Source: Eledone cirrhosa
Lineage: Eukaryota
DNA length: 64,000 nt
Direction of reading: 5' to 3'
Assembly: GCA_964016885.1 (NCBI GenBank)
Contig: OZ024740.1
Span: 50,964,001-51,028,000 of the forward strand
The notes beneath the pieces are model-generated. The model was given only the letters and a program-made list of their open reading frames with translations. It was not told where the DNA came from and did not search any database. Numbering within the stretch: the first letter of the stretch is position 1; each line of letters opens with the position of its first letter. Shown one piece after another: positions 1 through 11,241 of this stretch. A program made the position numbers and the translations under genes.

Positions 1-169
1 CATTAAGGATGAAAACAGTGATTCTTTGCTTAAACTTTAATCTGTTATTTTAATAAATATTTGCTCTACGGTTCTTATATATTTGATATATATTTATCCT
101 TATCGAGCCCTCTTTGGATTTTAGTCTTCAAATTTATTATTATTAATATATATATATATATAATAGCAT

Positions 170-505
170 AGTAGTAAGTGCTACAAGAGCAAAACAGATG
201 CTATAGAAAGAAGCAATTACAGAAACATCAAACTAATGGACCAAATTATGCAAGTAAGAGAAAGAATTATAGTACAGCTAATTAGGAAGAAACTTAGCTT
301 AGATGAGTTGCAGTTTGAGATTGTTCCAGGATATGAACCATTGATGCGTTCTTCCTACAGAAGTTCTGCAGGAAAAAACAACCCACTATACTAGCATTTA
401 TTGACTTGGAGAAGTTCTTTGATTGGCTAGTTTGCTTTCCAGTTTTATAATCAATAAGAATACTAGGTTTAGAAGAATGACATGTAAGAGCTGTGAAAGC
501 CATGT
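170..505 (+). mobile_element. Old, degraded RTE-clade LINE RT fragment
   Basis: Translates with frameshifts to YKSKTDAIERSNYRNIKLMDQIMQVRERIIVQLIRKKLSLDELQF...AFIDLEK, matching the RTE ORF at 26100-26360. Confidence 0.75.
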
Positions 506-1375
506 AGAAAAAAATTATTTGAAAATAAAATCATATGCTACATCATTATTGTGTTACTTCCATTTTCCATGATGGCATGGGTTGGGTGAGTTGTCGTGGT
601 CTGAAATTAGACAGGATGCCCTTCCTAACACCAACCACTTTACAGAGAGGGTGCATTTTATTGTGATACCAGCACTGTCACATACAGAATGTACTGTGCG
701 CATTTTATCATAGTACCGGCACTACCACTTTGTAAAGTGGTACTGAATTGGGTGCATTTTATCATAGCACTATCACTGGAGCAAATATTGTGCCCTCGAC
801 AGAACAGAGAGACAGATAGACAGATAGATAGAGAAAGGGAAAGATAGAGACAGAGAGAGTGATAGTAATAAAGAAGAAGGAGGAGAGTATGACAGAAGTG
901 ACACTGCAGGGAGAAGAAATAGTAACTTTATATAAGTTGGTGAAAAAGGGATAAAAAGTAAGAGAGAAAGAGAGGGAAAGAAAGCAAGTGAAAACAAGTG
1001 TTAAGTAGTTGAAATAGCTTTGAAGAGTGGGAGAATGATGACTGATAGCTGAAAGGGAGTTTCTGGTTGTTACTGGAAAATTTAACTTTTCTATTATTAT
1101 TCCTTTTTTTCTGAATAATACAACCTAATGATCAAAATAGTTATGCAGTTCTAGATTTGAAAGTCATATTATACTATGGCCTATGTATAAATTATGACCT
1201 AACAAGACCTGACAATACTCTTATATATGGGTCCCTGCTTGATGACATCAGTTAAATAAGGTTTGGGTTTTTATAATAAAACAGATAGAACAGAAATAGT
1301 TATGTTACTATTAACATATGTCTATAAGTAGACTTAAATAGTCGGGGGAAAACAATATTAGTCATTGACAAATAG

Positions 1376-1443
1376 TACTTTATTTCAACAAGGGAACTAA
1401 CTCAAGACATGTTTTGGTCTTTTTATGACCTCATCAGCAAAGC
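1376..1443 (-). ncRNA. Decayed minimal hammerhead ribozyme motif, Penelope pLTR-like
   Basis: Minus strand reads CTGATGA-GGTC-ataaaaa-GACC-AAAAC-ATGTC followed by AATAAA. The canonical GAAAC is AAAAC here, consistent with CpG decay. Confidence 0.5.
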
Positions 1444-1873
1444 ATATTCGCAGAACAACTTCCATGTTGAAATTATTTCTCATATAATATTAATAGCTTT
1501 ATTAAATTTTAGACTAAATGCTATGCTGGAAATAGTAGCTAAATTTATTCCATCGAATTTTGCTGCTCCTTGACAAATTTGTGAACTTGTTTATAGGTAA
1601 TAAATTTATTTAAAAAAAACAAAATTGTCATCAGCACAGAAAAAAAAGAAAAAGCAAATATACAATAAGAGAGTAAAGGCACAGTTAAAATTGTCACACT
1701 GTCAATAGAATTTATGTAAATCCTTCAATGAAAAAAAAAAGATTAAATTAATGATTTTAAAAAGAAAAGGAATCCCACCCGGAATATAGAATTACTAGGA
1801 AGAGATAGGGCAGGATTAATATTTCCCACAAAGTTGGAAATTATTATTGTTGTCAATTTGACTAACATATATA

Positions 1874-2065
1874 CGAGGGTGGCCTGAAAAGTTCATAGGT
1901 TGACTATGAAAGAGTGATACTAAAACTGTGAAACGTACATTAATTTCAACTCTTCTTATCAATAACTGCATTGTTTCTTTCCAAGGACTATGCTGAAAAA
2001 TAAACCTCATTTGGTCATTCCATGAGAGTATCTTAGTCAGCCTATGAACTTTTCAGCCGACCTCG
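1874..2065. mobile_element. Tc1/mariner-type MITE (about 190 bp)
   Basis: About 33-bp imperfect TIRs (cgagggtggcctgaaaagttcataggttgacta / tagtcagcctatgaacttttcagccgacctcg), flanked by TA on both sides. Confidence 0.8.
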
Positions 2066-2070
2066 TAAGA

Positions 2071-2258
2071 TGATTATTGACAGTATCAGTAAAAGATCGG
2101 ACGCCATGCTTTGCAGCAAAGAGTTACGGCCCTTTATGATCTGAGTTCAAATCCAGCCGAGGTTAACTTTGCCTTTCATCCTTACGGGGTCGATAAAATA
2201 AAGTACCAGTAATATACTGAGTAATTGCTGGCCTTGTGCCAAAAATAGAAACAATTAT
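2071..2258 (+). mobile_element. tRNA-derived SINE family S1
   Basis: B-box-like gagttcaaatcc, central gcctttcatccttacggggtcgataaaataaagtaccag and tail ccttgtgccaaaaatagaaacaattat; many copies in the window. Confidence 0.8.
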
Positions 2259-2262
2259 GAAT

Positions 2263-2345
2263 TATTGGTTGTAACATATATTTCCGCCGTTGTTATAACA
2301 TTTCTTAATAAAGAAAACGGCGGGAATCTATGTTACAAGCCAATA
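2263..2345. repeat. Imperfect hairpin, about 29-bp arms and 24-nt loop
   Basis: tattggttgtaacatatatttccgccgtt pairs with aacggcgggaatctatgttacaagccaata. Confidence 0.75.
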
Positions 2346-2561
2346 TATTGGTTTTTCAGAAATAAGTTAACCGGGGTGAAGGGAATAGGAGATTACATTA
2401 ATCAAGGTAGATAACTCCCAAACCGGTGTCGTTGGAAAATAACCAAAATATCTGTATTTTACTCTGAAAACTGCTGTAAAATGTTCTTAACAAGTTTTCT
2501 AAGAATGCAAGGAAGAGAGATTAAAGGATCGGGAGACAGTGGATATTTTAAAGGAACGAAA

Positions 2562-2786
2562 ATGTTTCGTGTCCGGAAAATTTTTGTTTTTGGAACTTTA
2601 TTATATACAGTAGTAATGACACTTGTATTCGTGAAAATGGACACTTACAAGAAACTCTATAGCAAAATTGATGAGGCGGATAATTATTTTAAAACCCAAC
2701 AGACTAAAAGGTATGAGGAAATATTAGAGAAAAGAATTATACGTCAAGAGAAGTTTTCAAAGATGTTGTCAGAAAACGAAGTATGA
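2562..2786 (+). CDS. Candidate 74-aa single-pass membrane protein, or first coding exon of a type II membrane protein
   Basis: MFRVRK, then hydrophobic IFVFGTLLYTVVMTLVFV, then a charged helical tail, in non-repetitive DNA. Possible donors at 2781 (GTATGA) and 2840 (GTAAGA). No downstream exons identified. Confidence 0.4.
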   Translation: MFRVRKIFVFGTLLYTVVMTLVFVKMDTYKKLYSKIDEADNYFKTQQTKRYEEILEKRIIRQEKFSKMLSENEV

Positions 2787-3900
2787 ACTCTTTTATAGAG
2801 TTTAAACTGAAGAGTATTCGGTTGGGTTGTGTGATACGAGTAAGACCTTATTAGATAAACGCGTGTTCTCTTAAAAAAAAACGAAAAGAAAAACACACGA
2901 ACAATCATTTTAGTATTTTGTTTTCACTTATATATTTATTAGATTGAATTCAACTGAAATTCCACCAAAAAAACTTAGCATTTACATTATCCATTGAAAT
3001 TGTGAATGGAAATAATGTAAATTTATTTACATACTGTTAAGACTTGACCCTTTTCTGTTGTGCATGTATATATATATATATATATATATAAAAGAGTGAT
3101 TTGATGGAAATAACGCCAGAAAGTGGCTTACTATATTTTCAAATTTCGAATCAGAATGTCATCTACTTATACCAACTATAATATGTCTCATAACCTTGTG
3201 TTGAAATAATTTTACAGTTCGCTCTGAATGGTGCTAGCTTGATAAAGATAGTTTCTGAAAAGGGAAAGCGGACTTCTATAAATTGAATTGCAAATGATTT
3301 TTATTTTATAAAAAGAAAAAGAAATGAACACAAAGTAATCATTGTTTCGTTATTGATGTTTTTTTTTTATGTCAGCAAGGGCCACTAACTCGTGAGTAGT
3401 GAGCAACATTTTACTGTCTTTTTCCCCTTATGTAAACACTTGTTTAACCCCAAGACAATCCCGACCCAACAGACTTATAATAGTGGGGTATGATTTGAAG
3501 ATGTTGCTACTATTTCTAGAATGTTCAGCAACCATTTAGAGGTTCCGTTGTTAATTCGTTTTAAATACTTAAAATGTGATGCAGGCCCGCGGCTTAGTCT
3601 TTGGATGTTCGGTTCACAATCGTAAGGTCATGAGCTCAGCCAGTTGTGTCCTTAAATTAAACACTTTATTCCACGTTAAGGATACATTTGTCTGTTAATT
3701 TCACACCCAAGCTGTTTCGTTGATCAAACAGCAGGAATAATCGTCATTGGAACCAATTTTCGGGAATTTGGAAACTAACGGCCAGGGTTTCTGTAAGACT
3801 ATCACAGACAATCTTGAACTTTTTTTTGCTAAATTAAACAGAAAAATGGAAACTTTATATTATAAATAAAATCATCTTTTCAATAATTGTTAATTTATTT

Positions 3901-4179
3901 ACGAATGCTGCGGTTAGGACGAGAGCCACAGATTCTGCAGACGAGCGGAGTAAGACCCTCAAGTACTGCGATCTGTCGGCCAGCTACATTTTTCAGCCTG
4001 TGGCTTTCGATACGTTTGGGGAAGTCGGGCCGCTGACTGCGAGGTTCCTCTCTTCACTGGCGGCTCGCCTAATAGAGGTAACTGGCGAATCTCGCGAGGG
4101 CGCTTGGTTCCAGCGTATTAGCCTCGCCATCACCCGAGGCAACGCTGCTAGTGTGCTAGCTTGCCTCAGAAATCATTAG
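3901..4179 (+). mobile_element. CRE-clade non-LTR retrotransposon 3' fragment (RLE C-terminus)
   Basis: Open frame ...ADERSKTLKYCDLSASYIFQPVAFDTFGEVG...WFQRISLAITRGNAASVLACLRNH*, with the K..KY / F.P.A.[ED]T.G / QR.S.AI.RGNA pattern. GC-rich island. Confidence 0.75.
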
Positions 4180-4597
4180 AGAAGTTGCCCGGTACTCCTT
4201 GCGAGGCTGCTGTCTTTGATCTGGTGTTGGCTCGGTTGTTCACCCCTTCCTTTACATTACATTTTCTTTAATATTGCAACATTAAAAGAATATACCCTTT
4301 TCGAATGTGTAAAATGTTTCTTTGTACAGGTGTTTTCTCTTTTCTAAGTCAAACCATAAGGTAAATCGGGGTATATATATATATTACAAGCAGGGAAAAG
4401 CGGACGTAAAATGAAATGATGATGATGATGATGATATATACACACATACACATATATATGTATGTGTGTGTATTTATATTAGGAAAACTAAAACAAGGCA
4501 GTTATATGTTTATATTCAAAATAAATTGGTATTTTTTTTATTTGTGACATTGAGGTCGGGTAAGCTTACTGTCATTGTTATACAATGAATTTAAAAA

Positions 4598-5510
4598 ATG
4601 AAAAGTGGTAAGGCCGCTGGACCGCCAGGGATAGTCACTGAAATGTTAAAGGCATCAGGCTAAGTAGGAACTAAACTAGTTACACGTATAATCAATCAGG
4701 TTATATATGGCGAAGTCATACCCAAAGACTTGTTGATTGTTACAAAGGTATAGGGGATGCTCTGGAGAAGAGCAATTATAGGGGCATAAAACTGATGGAT
4801 CGGGTTATGAAAGTGACAGAAAGAGTGCTAGCACAACTAGAAAAGAATAAGCCATTATATTTAGCTTTTGGTGGCCTAGGGAATGCCTTTGATTGATCAC
4901 TGGTGGTCCCTAAGGAAATTAGATGTAGAGGAATGGCTTGTGAGGACAGTAAGCTATGTACAGAGGAGCTGTTAGTAAAGTAAGAGTAGGAATAGAGTTT
5001 AGTGAGGAATTCCAGATACAAGTTCATCAGGGTTCAGTCCTCAACCCACTTTTATTCATTATAGTTCTCCAAGTCATAACAGAAGAGTTTAAAATTGGCT
5101 GCCCATGGGAACTTCTCTATGCTGACGATCTGGTACTTATAGCAGAATCAGTAGAGGAGCTAGAGAATAAATTCCGGCTGTGGAAACAGCAGTTGGAATC
5201 AAGCGGACTGAGAGTGAACCTAGCTAAGACTAAAGCATTGATAAGTAGGAAAGGGGACAAGACTGATTCCAAAGAGAAGACTGCGTTGGTATGGTCATGT
5301 GATGCACATGGAGGATGACCGCTGGGTAAAGAAATCCCAGTAGAGAAAGACCACAAAAACATGGGTGGAGGTAGTGAGAGCTGATCTCAGATTGCTGAAG
5401 CTCACAGGAGATGTGAAAGACCGTGACAAATGGAGAGATGCTGTGCTGAAGAGAACCTGTCCCACTCTTGCAAGCAGGGAAAAGCGGACTTAAAATGATG
5501 ATGATGATGG
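4598..5510 (+). mobile_element. Degraded RTE LINE copy (RT to 3' tail, internally deleted)
   Basis: VHQGSVLNPLLF...LLYADDLVLIAES; ends in (GAT)n. Confidence 0.85.
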
Positions 5511-5535
5511 ATGTTGTTAGAATACATATAGTGAA

Positions 5536-5978
5536 GGCGCATGGCTTAGTGGTTAGAGCATTGGGCTTGCAATCGAAAGGTTGAGTTCAATTCTTGGACC
5601 GGGTGATGTGTTGTTTCCTTGAGCAAGACACTTTATTTCACATTGCTCCAGTTTGCTCAGCTGTAGAAATGAGATGATAGGACTGGGGTCCCTATCATTC
5701 CACTGCAAAGTGGTCGTGGAGGTGCCATGGCAAAAAAAGCACCCAGCCCACACTGTAAAGTGGACGTGTAGGCACCACGGGAAAAAAAGCACCCAGCACT
5801 CACTGTAAATGAGGTTGGTGTTAGGAAGAGCATCCAGAAATATGTTAGGAATCAAGCCAGAATCAGTTCCCGTATGAGCAAGACAATGTCAGCCAACCGG
5901 ACACTGCCCACAACAGGACATCCCATCTAACCCATGCTAGCATGTAAGAACAGATGTGAAAGGGTGATGATGATGATA
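5536..5978 (+). mobile_element. tRNA-derived SINE family S2 with RTE-derived 3' tail
   Basis: A-box tggcttagtgg, B-box gagttcaatt, body shared with 28114 and 61030; tail matches the RTE 3'UTR at 56700-56975; (GAT)n end. Confidence 0.8.
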
Positions 5979-6883
5979 TCTAATCCATGCAAGCATGGAA
6001 AAATGGATGTAAAACAGCGATGATGAAGATATTTTCTATGTCAAATATCTACCAGGAAATTGGGATAATTATTCAGTTTACTTCAGTTAGTGATATACTG
6101 CACTTTACATCAGAAAATAGTAATTTCACTTATGAAATTTTACACTAACTTTGCAAGTTTTAAATTTTTCGGTGTTCTCAAACAGAAGAGGAAAAACGTT
6201 TCCATGAGGATAAATAATAACACATTTTTTAATAATTGCATACACATACACTATGTTTCAAACAGTTTGATCAATGGTTTTGTTACACAAATCTTTAAAA
6301 CAAGCATTTGTACACTTAGTAGACTAAAGTTGAACTAGGAACTTTTATTTCTAAATAGGATAGCAAGGCTGGGAAGAACATAGAAGATGTTTCTTAAGTA
6401 AAGCAATATTTTAGTAAATTAAATATTTGAGAACCAGTTACACTTTTGTGTTTTAAGCTATGATAATATGTATCACTCACATCCAAACTTGCTAGATGCT
6501 TCTGTGTCATACCAGAATTTTACTCAATTCTTTCTCTTCAGAGCTGAAATGCATTATTTTAAAATTCCAGATAATATACCTTGTTAGCTACCTTCAATAG
6601 TACTGTTACTGTTAAGAGCATGTTAGATTGGAAAAATAGGTTGAGCAACAGACAAAATGTCATGCAGCATTTAGTTACGTCACTTTATATTCTAAGTTAA
6701 TATCCATTAAAATCAAATGGTTCAGTTAAATCTTGTAAATATAGTGGGACATGCAGTAGCGATGTCTGTAACTCTTTGCAAATTGGTTCTGAGATAAAAT
6801 TTAAAAAATGGATAGTCCTTTAAAATGAATGCAGAAATAAATTGTAAAAGAAAAAAAAATATTGTGTAGTCTGTCACAGCTGT

Positions 6884-7464
6884 GGAGGCGTGTGGCCTAG
6901 TAGTAAGGGATTTATGCCAGTAGGCATCTCTAACAAACTACACCCCGTCCCGCCACCACCCCCACCCCATCCACACCACCCCGTTCTGTGTAAAGTTATG
7001 TTGGTGCCGCGCCATCCAGGCCGAAACAAATGAGATCGTGTAGGTGTCACGACAAAAAAACACACAGTCCACGCTGTAATGTGGCCGTGTAGGCAACACG
7101 GTAAAAACCTCCCAGACCCACACTGTAAATGTGGTTGGTGTTAGGAAGGGCATCCAACTGTAGAAAACCTGCCAGACAGTCCTATGCGAGCAAGACAATC
7201 ACTCTTGCCTCAAGTGGGACTACCCCCGTCCAAACCCATGCAAGCGTGGAACACGGACGTTAAACGTTGATGATGATGATGATGATGATGATGATGCTGT
7301 GAGTTCGATTCCTGGGCTGATTTGCGTGTTGTGTTCTTCAGCAAAACAATTTCACATTGCATCAGTATACTCAGCTGAAAATGAGTACCAGCAATAGCTG
7401 GCGGTTTAACCCTGCAATGGACTGGCGTCCTGTCCAGGGAGGAGTCTTGTACTCTCAATCGCTT
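6884..7464 (+). mobile_element. tRNA SINE whose head is split by an RTE 3' end and whose tail seeds the 42-bp array
   Basis: A-box tggcctagtagtaa near 6893, B-box gagttcgattcc near 7301, and a V-SINE-like ccctgcaatggactggcgtcctgtccaggg segment. Confidence 0.6.
6916..7295 (+). mobile_element. RTE 3'UTR-only copy
   Basis: Near-identical to 30663-31030; (GAT)n tail. Confidence 0.85.
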
Positions 7465-10106
7465 CACGCCGAGTTAAGCACCAGCCTAATGAGCTTTCTG
7501 GCTTAACACGCCGAGTTAAGCACCAGCCTAATGAGCTTTCTGGCTTACACACTGGGTTAAGCACCAGCCTAATGAGCTTTCTGGCTTAACACGCCGGGTT
7601 AAGCACCAGCCTAATGAGCTTTCTGGCTTAACACGCCGGGTTAAGCACCAGCCTAATGAGCTTTCTGGCTTAACGCGCCAGGTTAAACACCAGCCTAATG
7701 AGCTTTCTGGCTTAACACGCCAGGTTAAACACCAGCCTAATGAGCTTTCTGGCTTAACACGCCGAGTTAAGCACCAGCCTAATGAGCTTTCTGGCTTAAC
7801 ACGCCGAGTTAAGCACCAGCCTAATGAGCTTTCTGGCTTACACGCTGGGTTAAGCACCAGCCTAATGAGCCGTCTGGCTTAACACGCCAGGTTAAACACC
7901 AGCCTAATGAGCTTTCTGGCTTAACGCGCCAAGTTAAACACCAGCCTAATGAGCTTTCTGGCTTAACACGCCAGGTTAAACACCAGCCTAATGAGCTTTC
8001 TGGCTTAACACGCCAGGTTAAACACCAGCCTAATGAGCTTTCTGGCTTAACACGCCAGGTTAAACACCAGCCTAATGAGCTTTCTGGCTTAACACGCCAG
8101 GTTAAGCACCAGCCTAATGAGCTTTCTGGCTTAACACGCCGAGTTAAGCACCAGCCTAATGAGCTTTCTGGCTTACACGCTGGGTTAAGCACCAGCCTAA
8201 TGAGCCGTCTGGCTTAACACGCCAGGTTAAACACCAGCCTAATGAGCTTTCTGGCTTAACACGCCAGGTTAAGCACCAGCCTAATGAGCCGTCTGGCTTA
8301 ACACGCCAGGTTAAACACCAGCCTAATGAGCTTTCTGGCTTAACACGCCAGGTTAAACACCAGCCTAATGAGCTTTCTGGCTTAACACGCCAGGTTAAAC
8401 ACCAGCCTAATGAGCTTTCTGGCTTAACACGCCAGGTTAAGCACCAGCCTAATGAGCTTTCTGGCTTAACATGCCAGGTTAAGCACCAGCCTAATGAGCT
8501 TTCTGGCTTAACACGCCAGGTTAAACACCAGCCTAATGAGCTTTCTGGCTTAACACGCCAGGTTAAACACCAGCCTAATGAGCTTTCTGGCTTAACACGC
8601 CAGGTTAAACACCAGCCTAATGAGCTTTCTGGCTTAACACGCCAGGTTAAACGCCAGCCTAATGAGCTTTCTGGCTTAACACGCCAGGTTAAACACCAGC
8701 CTAATGAGCTTTCTGGCTTAACACGCCAGGTTAAGCACCAGCCTAATGAGCTTTCTGGCTTAACACGCCAGGTTAAGCACCAGCCTAATGAGCTTTCTGG
8801 CTTAACACGCCAGGTTAAACACCAGCCTAGTGAGCTTTCTGGCTTAACACGCCGGGTTAAGCACCAGCCTAATGAGCTTTCTGGCTTAACACGCCGGGTT
8901 AAGCACCAGCCTAATGAGCTTTCTGGCTTAACACGCCGGGTTAAGCATCAGCCTAATGAGCTTTCTGGCTTAACACGCCAGGTTAAACACCAGCCTAATG
9001 AGCTTTCTGGCTTAACACGCCGGGTTAAGCACCAGCCTAATGAGCTTTCTGGCTTAACACGCCGGGTTAAGCACCAGCCTAATGAGCTTTCTGGCTTAAC
9101 ACGCCGGGTTAAGCACCAGCCTAATGAGCTTTCTGGCTTAACACGCCGAGTTAAGCACCAGCCTAATGAGCTTTCTGGCTTAACACGCCAGGTTAAACAC
9201 CAGCCTAATGAGCCGTCTGGCTTAACACGCCAGGTTAAACACCAGCCTAATGAGCTTTCTGGCTTAACACGCCAGGTTAAACACCAGCCTAATGAGCTTT
9301 CTGGCTTAACACGCCAGGTTAAACACCAGCCTAATGAGCCGTCTGGCTTAACACGCCAGGTTAAACACCAGCCTAATGAGCCGTCTGGCTTAACACGCCA
9401 GGTTAAGCACCAGCCTAATGAGCTTTCTGGCTTAACACGCCGGGTTAAGCACCAGCCTAATGAGCTTTCTGGCTTAACACGCCGGGTTAAGCACCAGCCT
9501 AATGAGCTTTCTGGCTTAAGACGCCGGGTTAAGCACCAGCCTAATGAGCTTTCTGGCTTACACGCTGGGTTAAGCACCAGCCTAATGAGCTTTCTGGCTT
9601 AACACGCCGGGTTAAGCACCAGCCTAATGAGCTTTCTGGCTTAACACGCCAGGTTAAGCACCAGCCTAATGAGCTTTCTGGCTTAACACGCCAGGTTAAA
9701 CACCAGCCTAATGAGCTTTCTGGCTTAACACGCCAGGTTAAACACCAGCCTAATGAGCTTTCTGGCTTAACACGCCGGGTTAAACACCAGCCTAATGAGC
9801 TTTCTGGCTTAACACGCCAGGTTAAACACCAGCCTAATGAGCTTTCTGGCTTAACACGCCAGGTTAAACACCAGCCTAATGAGCCGTCTGGCTTAACACG
9901 CCAGGTTAAACACCAGCCTAATGAGCCGTCTGGCTTAACACGCCAGGTTAAGCACCAGCCTAATGAGCTTTCTGGCTTAACACGCCAGGTTAAACACCAG
10001 CCTAATGAGCTTTCTGGCTTAACACGCCAGGTTAAACAGCAGTTTAATGAGCCTTCTGGCTTAACACGCCAGGTTAAACACCAGCCTAATGAGCCTTCTG
10101 GCTTAA
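7465..10106. repeat. 42-bp minisatellite, about 63 copies, derived from a SINE tail
   Basis: Unit cacgccaggttaa(a/g)caccagcctaatgagctttctggcttaa, head-to-tail with no spacers; occasional 41-bp variants. Confidence 0.95.
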
Positions 10107-10219
10107 GACAGATTGTCCCAGCTGTAGAGAGAATTATATAGGTTGGAATTTCGTTGTGTAAACAAGTCAGAGAACGCAAACAACAAATACAAAAATCAGA
10201 ACTAAGGAAAATCTCACTA

Positions 10220-10745
10220 TACGTATATTAAGGGCGATCAAAATTGATGGAGTTACGGAGTAGATAGACCCAGAAAAACCTGGGATGACATAATAAAATC
10301 CAACCTTGCACATCTAGACTTCTTTAAGACATGTCACTGGATCGAGACCTTTGGCACTACGCAGCAATAGAGAAGACCCGCCTTCCTTACGTACAAAGTT
10401 AAACGTAGTCAGTTGGCACCTCTTAACCAAATATACACCCCTACCCCATTCCCCCACTCCCACCACCTTTTCTCTGTAAAGTTATGTTGGTACCACAGAA
10501 CATCCAGTCCAAACTAAAGAGGTTGTGTAGGTGTCACGACAAAAATGCACCCAGTCCATGCTGTAAAGTGGTTGTGTAGGAAACACGGTAAAAGGCTCCC
10601 AGTTCACACTGTACTTGTGGTTGGTGTTAGAAAACCTGCCAGACAGTCCTATACAAGCGAGACAAAGTGCCCGATCAATCTTGCCACAAGTGGTTCAATT
10701 CCCGTCTAGCCCATGCTAGCGTAAACGATGATGATGACGATGATA
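10220..10745 (+). mobile_element. Older RTE 3' fragment (ORF end plus 3'UTR)
   Basis: Diverged match to 27410-27970 (RPRKTWDDII...SLDRDLWHY); (GAT)n tail. Confidence 0.8.
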
Positions 10746-11203
10746 AGAAATTTGCAGGAACAGTAAATTCAAAATATTCTCTTTTTACAAATGTTCAAGG
10801 AATTATTGAAAGTACCAACTAAAAATGGAGAAATATTTTATAAAGAAATTTATTCCAGGTGCAGAAATTTACCTAAGGAACCTAAGGTTTAACTATTCTT
10901 TTTATAGCAACTAAATTTATATCTTAATAAGTATTTTTAAAGACAAAAACAATAGATTCAATTGACAAATACTTTTATATCTTTAATTCAAGTGATAAAC
11001 AGTGTTTCAAGAAGTAGAAAGATGTAGGAAGATGGGCTGACATAGTGAAAGTAGATCCCAGGATGTTGAACCTCATACAGAAGATGACAAAGGAAAGAAA
11101 CAAGCAGATGGTCAGAAGTTGTTTCACTTATGCAAACATGGAAAAACCGACCTACAAGTTCTGATGATATATATGTTGATTTAAAAAAAATTATTTTGTG
11201 GTG

Positions 11204-11241
<38 letters not shown>

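Noticed and set aside
5536-5600. tRNA genes at SINE heads (also 28114, 61030, 7297)
   Set aside because: A and B boxes are present, but no convincing full cloverleaf, and each continues into a multicopy SINE body.
7465-10106. CRISPR array, or a 14-aa repeat protein (CLTRRVKPESSLGW)n
   Set aside because: Units are contiguous with no unique spacers and no cas genes, in eukaryotic context. The frames break at 41-bp variants and only reflect the 42-bp period.
7465-10106. Tandem hammerhead ribozymes (CTAATGA-GCC-ttct-GGC-TTAA)
   Set aside because: The essential core residues are absent throughout (CTAA instead of CTGA; TTAA instead of GAAA). It is better read as a SINE/LINE 3' stem-loop.
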